Source: an uncultured Oscillospiraceae bacterium
GTDB taxonomy: Bacteria > Bacillota > Clostridia > Oscillospirales > Oscillospiraceae
Reading direction: 5' to 3'
DNA length: 64,000 nucleotides
Assembly: GCA_947625815.1 (NCBI GenBank)
Contig: CANQPU010000011.1
Location: forward strand, 805-64,804
Positions 56,966 through 64,000 of this stretch are shown here, piece after piece; position 1 is the first letter of the stretch; the number at the start of each line of letters is the position of its first letter. The translations under genes and the position numbers were made by a program. Under the pieces are notes generated by a model, which had not been told where the DNA came from, searched no databases, and saw only the letters and a list, made by a program, of their open reading frames with translations.

Positions 56966-58810
56966 ATGAAGAACAAAGGGCAAATCTCATTTTTGGATGA
57001 GATTATTGTGGACAACTTCGCCGGCGGCGGCGGGGCCTCAACGGGCATTGAGCTGGCCACGGGGCGCGTGGTAGACATCGCCGTCAATCACGACGCTGCC
57101 GCCATCCTGATGCACAAGACCAATCACCCCCACACCGAGCATTATCAGGCGAACGTGTGGGACATCGACCCGCGCAAGGTGTGCCGGGGCAGGCCCGTGG
57201 GCCTGGCGTGGTTTTCCCCCGACTGCAAGCACTTTTCCAAGGCCAAGGGCGGCAAGCCGGTGGACAAAAACATCCGGGGGCTTGCGTGGATCGCCCTCCG
57301 ATGGGCGGGAACCATCCGGCCGCGGGTCATCATCCTTGAAAACGTCGAGGAGTTCGTCACCTGGGGGCCCATCCGGCGTGGCCACCCCATAAAAAGTCAG
57401 ACCGGCAAGACCTTTGACCGGTTTGTCTCTCAACTCCGCGCCCTGGGCTATGAGGTGGACTGGCGGGAGCTGGTGGCGGCTGATTACGGCGTACCCACCA
57501 TCCGAAAGCGCTTTTACTTAATCGCCCGCTGCGACGGGCGGCCCATCGTCTGGCCGCAGAGGACCCACGCCCCCGCCGACAGCGCCGAGGTCAAAACCGG
57601 CAAGCTCCATCCGTGGGTGGGAGCGGCGGAGATCATCGACTGGAACCGGCCGTGCCCGTCCATTTTCGACGGCAAAGAGCAGATCAAGGCCGAATACGGC
57701 CTGACCGCCCAACGGCCCCTCCGGCCCAACACCCTGCGGCGCATCGCCCGGGGGTTGGAGAAGTTCGTCCTTACGGCGGACAAGCCGTTTCTGGTGACCA
57801 TCGGATACGGGGAGCACAAGGGACAGCGGCCCCGCGTTCAGGACATCGAAAAGCCTATCAACACGGTTGTATCTTCGGGCAAGCAGTATCTGGCGGAGCC
57901 GGTTATGGCCCCGTGGACGGTCACAAACACCAGCAACAGTACCGGGAGTCCGGTAGATGGGTCGCTTCATACGGTTACAACGGGCGGCGGCGGGAATCAA
58001 ATGCTGCTGACACCGGCGCTGATCCAGTATCACACGGAGCAATTCGAGAGGGTGCGCGGGCAGGCGCTGGAACAGCCTCTGCAAACGGTGGACACCTCCA
58101 ACCGCTACGGTCTGATGGCCCCTGTGCTGACCAAATACTACGGCGCGGGGACCGGGCAGACCGTTGACGGCCCCCTGCATACCGTCACCGCAAGGGACAG
58201 AGAGGGGCTGGCCGTAGCCTATATGCAGGTATACCACGACGGCGGGTATCACGGCAAGGGAAACTCACCTGATACCATGCCGGTAAACACAGTCACGGCG
58301 GCGGGCGGGCAGGCGCTCAACGTGGCCCACATTGTTAAGCTGAAAGGCAAGGACTTGGGACAAGGCGCCGAGGACCCACTCCAGACAGTGACTGCCGTCC
58401 CGTGCTTTGGCGTGGTGAAGACCACCGTCTGCAAGGCGGGACCCGACGCGGAGCTGTATCACTGGCCGCAGGTGCGTCAGCTGCTGAATGAGTTCTGCGG
58501 TTACACGCTGGCAGAGGACGAGATCCTTCTCCTTCAGATCGACGGCGCGGCGTATTTCATCGCCGACATCGGCCTGCGGATGCTGACGCCCCGCGAGCTT
58601 TACCGGGCCAACGGATTCCCGGCCGATTACATCATCGACCGGGACTATCTGGGCAATCCGTACCCCAAGAATGAGCAGGTGGCCCGGGCCGGCAACGCGG
58701 TATGCCCGCCGGTGGCAACGGCCATCGTCCGGGCCAACCTCCCCGAGTGGTGCGACCTGCCGGCGTTCGACAGCATGGCCGACTTTGGGAGGGAGGTGGC
58801 GGCGGGATGA
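56966..58810 (+). CDS. DNA (cytosine-5)-methyltransferase with an expanded repeat-containing variable region
   Basis: Motif I DNFAGGGGAS, motif IV FSPDCKHFS, motif VI ENVEEF, motif IX RANGFP, motif X GNAVCPPV. 614 aa. Confidence 0.9.
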   Translation: MKNKGQISFLDEIIVDNFAGGGGASTGIELATGRVVDIAVNHDAAAILMHKTNHPHTEHYQANVWDIDPRKVCRGRPVGLAWFSPDCKHFSKAKGGKPVDKNIRGLAWIALRWAGTIRPRVIILENVEEFVTWGPIRRGHPIKSQTGKTFDRFVSQLRALGYEVDWRELVAADYGVPTIRKRFYLIARCDGRPIVWPQRTHAPADSAEVKTGKLHPWVGAAEIIDWNRPCPSIFDGKEQIKAEYGLTAQRPLRPNTLRRIARGLEKFVLTADKPFLVTIGYGEHKGQRPRVQDIEKPINTVVSSGKQYLAEPVMAPWTVTNTSNSTGSPVDGSLHTVTTGGGGNQMLLTPALIQYHTEQFERVRGQALEQPLQTVDTSNRYGLMAPVLTKYYGAGTGQTVDGPLHTVTARDREGLAVAYMQVYHDGGYHGKGNSPDTMPVNTVTAAGGQALNVAHIVKLKGKDLGQGAEDPLQTVTAVPCFGVVKTTVCKAGPDAELYHWPQVRQLLNEFCGYTLAEDEILLLQIDGAAYFIADIGLRMLTPRELYRANGFPADYIIDRDYLGNPYPKNEQVARAGNAVCPPVATAIVRANLPEWCDLPAFDSMADFGREVAAG

Positions 58811-61302
58811 ACTACCTGGAATTCTTACGGGGTAAGATCAAGACCGCCCCGGTGTCCGGGTTCGATGTGGACCCGGCGTCGCTCCACCCGGCGCTGAAGC
58901 CACACCAGAGGGACGCCCTGGTCTGGGCGCTCCACGGCGGCAGACGGGCCCTGTTCGAGAGCTTCGGACTTGGTAAGACGGTCCAGGAGCTGGAGTATTG
59001 CCGCCAGGTGCTGAGGCACGAGGGGCAGGGGAGGGCGCTCATCGTCCTCCCCCTGGGGGTCCGGCAGGAGTTCACACACGACGCGGTGGAGATCCTGGGG
59101 ATGGAGCCTCCGGTCTACGTCACCTCCATGCCGGAGGCGGAGGCGGCGCCGGAGGGGGCCATCTGCATGACCAACTACGAACGGGTCCGGGACGGGGACA
59201 TCGATCCCACGGCTTTTTCGGCGTGTGTGCTGGACGAGGCGGCGGTGCTCCGGTCCTTCGGGTCCAAGACGTATCAGACGTTCCTGCCGAAGTTCCGGGG
59301 CGTGAAGTACAAGCTGGTGGCCACGGCCACACCGGCGCCGAACAGGCTAAAGGAGCTGATCCACTACGCGGGGTTCCTGGAGGTGATGGACACGGGGCAG
59401 GCGCTGACACGGTTCTTCCAGCGGGACAGCACCAAGGCCAACAACCTGACCCTCTACCCCCACAAGGTGGAGGAGTTCTGGCTGTGGGTATCCACCTGGG
59501 CGCTGTTCATCTCCGCGCCGTCCGACCTGGGCTATGACGATGAGGGGTACGCTCTCCCGCCCATGGAGGTGAGGACCCACGTCATTCCGGACGACTACGG
59601 GAAGAGCGTGGACAAGGACGGGCAGTTCAAGCTGCTGAACGACGCGGCCACGAGCCTGACGGAGGCCAGCCGGGAGAAGCGGGACAGCATCACCGCCCGG
59701 ATCGCCAAGGCGAAAGAGATCGTGGACGCCTCCCCGGATGACCATTTCATCCTGTGGCATGACCTGGAGGCCGAACGGCACGAGATTCGCCGGGTCCTGC
59801 CGGAGGCGGTGGACATCTACGGATCCATGGACTATGACGAGCGGGAGCGCCGAGTGATGGACTTCTCCTTCGGAAAGACGCGCCTGTTCGCCACCAAGAA
59901 GAGCCTCAGCGGCTGCGGGTGCAACTTCCAGCGGTACTGCCACAGGGCCATTTTCGTGGGGATCGACTACGAATTCCACGATTTTATACAGGCGGTACAC
60001 CGGATCTACCGGTTCCTCCAGACGGAGCGGGTCGTCATCGACATCATCTACACGGAGGCGGAGGACCCCATCTACCGGGTGCTGATAGAGAAATGGAAGC
60101 TCCACAACGAGCAGCAGGAGCGGATGCGGGAGATCGTCAAAAAGTACGGACTGATGGGCCGTGACCAAATCGACAGGCTGGCCCGGACGATTGGAGTGAA
60201 GAGAGTGGAGATCAAGGGAAACAACTTCACGGCGGTGAACAACGACTGCGTGGAGGAGGTCCGGGGGATGGAGGACAACAGCGTGGACCTCATCGTAACA
60301 TCTATCCCCTTCAGCAATCACTACGAGTACACCCCCAGCTATAACGACTTCGGGCACAATGAGGACACCGCTAAATTCTTTGAGCAGATGGACTATCTGA
60401 GCCCGAACCTGCTGCGGGTGCTGAAGCCGGGGCGGGTGTTCTGCTGCCACGTGAAGGACCGGGTACTATTCGGCAACGCCACGGGGACGGGGATGCCCAC
60501 CATGGAGCCCTTCCACGCCCTGTGCATCCAGCACTACATGGGGCACGGGTTTGCCTACTTCGGGATGATCACGGTGGTGACGGATGTGGTCCGGGAGAAC
60601 AACCAGACGTACCGGCTGGGGTGGACGGAGCAGTGCAAGGACGGGACGAAGATGGGGGTGGGGTGTCCGGAGTACATCCTGCTCTTCCGGAAGCTCCCCA
60701 CGGACACCTCCACGGCCTACGCGGACGTGCCGGTGAGGAAGACCAAGGAGGAGTACACCAGGGCCCAGTGGCAGTTAGACGCCCACGGATACTGGCGGTC
60801 CTCCGGGGACCGGCTCCTGACCAAGGAGGAGCTCCAGAAGGTCCCGGTGGACCGGCTCCAGGCGGCCTACCGGCAGTACAGCCGGGGGACGGTCTACAGC
60901 TACGAGGACCACGTGGCACTGGCGAAGAAGCTGGACGCCGACGGGCACCTACCCGCCACCTTCATGGTGGTGGCCCCCGGGAGCTGGTCCGAGGCCGTCT
61001 GGGACGACGTGAACCGGATGAAGACGCTGAACACGTCCCAGAGCCAGCGGCGGCAGACCATGCACGTCTGCCCGCTGCAGCTGGACATCGTGGACAGGCT
61101 CATCAACCGGTACTCCAACCCGGGGGAGCTGGTGCTGGACCCATTCGGGGGCCTGGGGACCGTGGCACTGGAGGCCATGAAGGCCGGGAGGCGGGGGTAC
61201 ACCATCGAGCTGAACAACGACTATTTCCGGGACGCGGTGGGGTATCTGGAGGCGGAGGAGGCGAAGATCGAGACACCGACACTGTTTGACTTATTCGGAT
61301 AA
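58807..61302 (+). CDS. SNF2-type helicase fused to an N6-adenine/N4-cytosine DNA methyltransferase
   Basis: ATG 58807 overlaps the Dcm stop (ATGA). Helicase motifs GLGKT and VLDEAA. The helicase-C region ends around QAVHRIYRF. MTase motifs LIVTSIPF and VLDPFGGLGT. Confidence 0.85.
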   Translation: MNYLEFLRGKIKTAPVSGFDVDPASLHPALKPHQRDALVWALHGGRRALFESFGLGKTVQELEYCRQVLRHEGQGRALIVLPLGVRQEFTHDAVEILGMEPPVYVTSMPEAEAAPEGAICMTNYERVRDGDIDPTAFSACVLDEAAVLRSFGSKTYQTFLPKFRGVKYKLVATATPAPNRLKELIHYAGFLEVMDTGQALTRFFQRDSTKANNLTLYPHKVEEFWLWVSTWALFISAPSDLGYDDEGYALPPMEVRTHVIPDDYGKSVDKDGQFKLLNDAATSLTEASREKRDSITARIAKAKEIVDASPDDHFILWHDLEAERHEIRRVLPEAVDIYGSMDYDERERRVMDFSFGKTRLFATKKSLSGCGCNFQRYCHRAIFVGIDYEFHDFIQAVHRIYRFLQTERVVIDIIYTEAEDPIYRVLIEKWKLHNEQQERMREIVKKYGLMGRDQIDRLARTIGVKRVEIKGNNFTAVNNDCVEEVRGMEDNSVDLIVTSIPFSNHYEYTPSYNDFGHNEDTAKFFEQMDYLSPNLLRVLKPGRVFCCHVKDRVLFGNATGTGMPTMEPFHALCIQHYMGHGFAYFGMITVVTDVVRENNQTYRLGWTEQCKDGTKMGVGCPEYILLFRKLPTDTSTAYADVPVRKTKEEYTRAQWQLDAHGYWRSSGDRLLTKEELQKVPVDRLQAAYRQYSRGTVYSYEDHVALAKKLDADGHLPATFMVVAPGSWSEAVWDDVNRMKTLNTSQSQRRQTMHVCPLQLDIVDRLINRYSNPGELVLDPFGGLGTVALEAMKAGRRGYTIELNNDYFRDAVGYLEAEEAKIETPTLFDLFG

Positions 61303-61312
61303 GGAGGAAAGT

Positions 61313-61954
61313 ATGGGATACAAAGATAAGGACGGGAACGTGTTTACCAGCATGAGGGCGGCGGCCAAGGTGTTTTGTACCGGCCGGGCCTGTAGTGATT
61401 GCCCGCTGAACGGCTTTCAGAACCATGGGTGCTGGGAGTGGGCGGAGGCGTACCCGGAAAAGGCCGCGGGGCTGATGGGGCTGGAGGTCCTGGAAGAGCC
61501 CGGCCCTGAAAAAGACGTAAAGGTCCCTGGCAAGCCCCGCCTGGCCGATGTGCTGGGGGTGAAAGTTAGGCAAAAATGGAGGGTCGTATGCCCGGAAGAG
61601 AACATAGATTCGGTTGAAGTTTGGTTGAATGAAAAAGGACACCTTATCGGAGAAACTCTTGTTGCCGGGTCTGTCATACTGTGTGCGGCCATCAACCACC
61701 CGGAGAGCATCATCCGCGCACCGCGCCTCACGGAACCCGAAATCGCTATCATGCGGGCCGTGGGGGCTAAGTGGGTGAGCCGGGACGAAGGATTTGACGA
61801 TGTTTTCCTGTGGTCGGACAGGCCAAGAAGGTCTGACGATAACAAAGGGTATTATCTTTCGTCCAAACTGGGAGATCGTATTACCAGCATCAGGGCGCAG
61901 CTTTTCCCCTCCGTGAAGCCGGGGGAGTGTATCGGATTGGACAAAACGGAATGA
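61313..61954 (+). CDS. hypothetical phage protein
   Basis: ATG 61313 follows AAGGAGG. 213 aa, no family recognised. Confidence 0.55.
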   Translation: MGYKDKDGNVFTSMRAAAKVFCTGRACSDCPLNGFQNHGCWEWAEAYPEKAAGLMGLEVLEEPGPEKDVKVPGKPRLADVLGVKVRQKWRVVCPEENIDSVEVWLNEKGHLIGETLVAGSVILCAAINHPESIIRAPRLTEPEIAIMRAVGAKWVSRDEGFDDVFLWSDRPRRSDDNKGYYLSSKLGDRITSIRAQLFPSVKPGECIGLDKTE

Positions 61955-62157
61955 AAGACAAAACGCCTTATGAAATGGCGCTCGACAAGCAGAGCCGGAA
62001 AGAGATCGATTATTGTGACGAGTGCGAGAATTTCAAACTTGTCGGAAGCGCCTGCTATTGTTCTGCAACCGGAAAAATGCTCCATCCGCTTATGTACGAG
62101 CGGGGACAGGGAACAGGTCCGGCAAGGCGATGTGATCGAAGGAATTTTATAACATAA
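61951..62157 (+). CDS. small Cys-rich (zinc-ribbon-like) protein
   Basis: The ATG overlaps the upstream stop (ATGA). CDEC...CYC cysteines. The alternative start is GTG 61927. Confidence 0.5.
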   Translation: MKDKTPYEMALDKQSRKEIDYCDECENFKLVGSACYCSATGKMLHPLMYERGQGTGPARRCDRRNFIT

Positions 62158-62171
62158 AGGAGAGAAAGCGT

Positions 62172-63440
62172 ATGTCGGTAAAAATTACACAGTTTGAGGC
62201 GGAGAACGTCAAGCGGGTGCGGGCGGTGGAGCTGGCGCCGGCGGAGAACGGACTGACGGTCATCGGGGGCCGGAACAATCAGGGGAAGACCTCCTGCCTG
62301 GACGCTATCGTCTGGGCGCTGGGCGGGGACCGGTTGAAGCCCAGCGTGGCCCGGCGGGATGGATCAGCCCTGCCGCCCCGGCTACGGGTCCGGCTCTCCA
62401 ACGGGATCGTGGTGGAGCGCTCCGGGGTCAACGGGACCCTGAAGGTCACCGATGAGGAGGGGAGGCGGGCCGGACAGCGGCTCCTGGACTCCTTTGTGGA
62501 GAGCTTCGCCCTGAATATGCCCAGGTTCTTGGAGGCCACCGGCAAGGAGAAGGCCGCCACGCTCCTGCGGATCATTGGTCTGGAGCAGGAGGTGGACGCC
62601 CTGGAGAGGCAGGAGCGGGATCTTTATCAGTCCAGGCTTGCCATCGGGCGGATTGCGGACCAGAAGGGCAAATATGCCGCGGGACTGCCGGAGTACCAGG
62701 ACGCGCCGGCGGAACCGGTATCGGCCTCCGAGCTCATCGCACGGCAACAGGACATTCTGGCCAGGAACGCCGAGAACCGGCGGCTGCGGGAAAACCGGGA
62801 CGGGCTCATGCGGGAGTTGGCGGAGATCGAGCGCCAGATGGACGAGCTGTCGCAGAAGCACCTTTTCACCAAACAGGCGCTTGACCGGGCCGTAGAGGCC
62901 ACGGAGGGGCTGGAGGACCAGTCAACCGCCCAGATCGAGGAAGACATCCGGAACATCGAGGAGATCAATCAGCGGGTCCGGGTCAATCAGGAGAAGGAGC
63001 GGGCCGAGGACGAGGCCAGGGAGTACAAGGCCCAGTATGAGGGACTCACGGACCAGATTGAGGCGGTGCGCCAGAAGAAGATCGAGCTCCTCAACGGCGC
63101 GCCCCTGCCCCTGCCGGAGCTGTCCGTCTCCGACGGGGAGCTGACCTATCAGGGGAAGCCCTGGGACTGCATGAGCGGGTCGGATCAGCTCAAGGTGGCC
63201 ACGGCCATTGTGCGGACTTTGAAGCCGGAGTGCGGCTTTGTGCTGGTGGACAAGCTGGAGCAGATGGACCTTGACACCATGCGGGATTTCGGCCAGTGGG
63301 CCGAGGCCGAGGGCTTACAGATCATCGCCACGCGGGTATCCACCGGGGACGAGTGCAGTATCATCATCGAGGACGGGTACGCCGTCAGCGCCCAGAAGGA
63401 GGCCAACCAGACGACGACGTGGAAGGCCGGAGAGTTTTGA
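62172..63440 (+). CDS. SMC/RecF/SbcC-like AAA ATPase (phage recombination/replication module)
   Basis: N-terminal Walker A GGRNNQGKTSCLDAI, a central coiled coil, and C-terminal LVDKLEQMD (Walker B-like). 422 aa. Confidence 0.75.
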   Translation: MSVKITQFEAENVKRVRAVELAPAENGLTVIGGRNNQGKTSCLDAIVWALGGDRLKPSVARRDGSALPPRLRVRLSNGIVVERSGVNGTLKVTDEEGRRAGQRLLDSFVESFALNMPRFLEATGKEKAATLLRIIGLEQEVDALERQERDLYQSRLAIGRIADQKGKYAAGLPEYQDAPAEPVSASELIARQQDILARNAENRRLRENRDGLMRELAEIERQMDELSQKHLFTKQALDRAVEATEGLEDQSTAQIEEDIRNIEEINQRVRVNQEKERAEDEAREYKAQYEGLTDQIEAVRQKKIELLNGAPLPLPELSVSDGELTYQGKPWDCMSGSDQLKVATAIVRTLKPECGFVLVDKLEQMDLDTMRDFGQWAEAEGLQIIATRVSTGDECSIIIEDGYAVSAQKEANQTTTWKAGEF

Positions 63441-63573
63441 TGGCCGCGGAGGGGCGTGAGGGTCTGGAACCCTCCCCTACAAGAGAATCGGAACCTTCCG
63501 GGGAATTCGTAGGGGCGGGTTCTAAACCCGCCCGGATGCATACCGACAACGATAAATTTTTAAGGAGGTTTTT

Positions 63574-64000
63574 ATGAACATCACAAGAGGAAAGGTCGGC
63601 GGGGCGCTGAAGGTGGTCATCTACGGACCGGAGGGGATCGGGAAGTCTACGCTGGCCTCCCGGTTCCCGGAGCCCTTATTCATCGACACCGAGGGCAGCA
63701 CCCGGTACCTGGACGTGGCGCGGATGGACGCGCCCACCAGCTGGACGATGCTGCTCTCCCAGGTGGACTACATACGGGACAATCCGGGAGTCTGCAAGAC
63801 GTTGGTCATTGACACGGCGGACTGGGCGGAACAGATGTGCATCGCGTCCTTCTGCGCCAGTAAACAGATCAAGGGCATCGAGGACATGGGCTACGGCAAG
63901 GGCTATGTCTATATCGCCGAGGACTTCGGCAAGCTCCTGAACCGGCTGGAGGAAATCCGGGACCGTGGGATCCACGTGGTGGTGACGGCGCACGCCCAGA
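63574..64000 (+). CDS. Sak4-like/RecA-fold phage ATPase (3' end outside window)
   Basis: ATG 63574 follows AAGGAGG. Walker A YGPEGIGKST and Walker B LVIDTADW. The frame is open to the window end. Confidence 0.75.
   Translation, partial: MNITRGKVGGALKVVIYGPEGIGKSTLASRFPEPLFIDTEGSTRYLDVARMDAPTSWTMLLSQVDYIRDNPGVCKTLVIDTADWAEQMCIASFCASKQIKGIEDMGYGKGYVYIAEDFGKLLNRLEEIRDRGIHVVVTAHAQ

Larger units (their letters stand above)
51745..64000. mobile_element. prophage, left arm (continues beyond window end)
   Basis: tRNA-fragment boundary, integrase, S24 repressor with a divergent cro-like gene, methyltransferases, and phage-type recombination ATPases. The int and moron genes are visibly AT-richer. Confidence 0.8.

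Noticed and set aside
63451-63535. A tRNA-like element, suggested by the loop tctggaa and the T-loop-like gggTTCTAAAccc.
   Set aside because: There are no acceptor or D arms. About 40 nt separate the would-be anticodon arm from the T arm. Position 33 of the loop would be C. It cannot fold into a cloverleaf.

Overview
This is a high-GC, Clostridia-type chromosomal segment. Supporting evidence: spoIIR, addB-addA, SLH-anchored surface proteins, and tRNAs with encoded CCA.

Ordinary chromosome covers about 0-33.5 kb and 36-51.7 kb. It holds redox enzymes, a 1900-aa GLUG/SLH surface protein, a MATE pump, AraC/LysR/Lrp/GntR regulators, ispE, spoIIR, two tandem LtaS-like paralogues, addBA, rpmE and a five-tRNA cluster. 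It also holds an EPS/O-antigen-ligase cluster, a GntR-ABC module, and an alpha-galactoside/glycerophosphodiester utilisation cluster.

Two accessory regions stand out.

(1) A visibly AT-richer islet of about 2.4 kb lies directly 3' of tRNA-Cys. It carries a C-terminally truncated large serine recombinase and a VbhA-like/Fic toxin-antitoxin pair with a non-canonical Fic motif. It ends in an array of five strong hairpins, two of which are paralogous units with compensatory stem substitutions.

(2) From about 51.75 kb to the window end lies the left arm of a prophage, inserted next to an orphan tRNA 3' fragment. In order it encodes a zinc-ribbon tyrosine integrase, an S24-type repressor and a cro-like gene. 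Next comes an opposite-strand, membrane-anchored Mrr-like nuclease, which is a candidate defence moron. This is followed by a tightly coupled DNA-modification cassette: a PAPS-reductase-like PP-loop enzyme, a small HTH protein, a 47-aa TM peptide, a C5-methyltransferase with six ~35-aa repeats, and an SNF2-helicase/amino-methyltransferase fusion. Recombination-type ATPases follow.

The nuclease moron and the modification cassette are my best candidates for an undescribed system, but no function can be proven from sequence alone. I found no CRISPR array, rRNA, reverse transcriptase or cas genes. The many very long ORFs antisense to real genes are GC-driven shadow frames.
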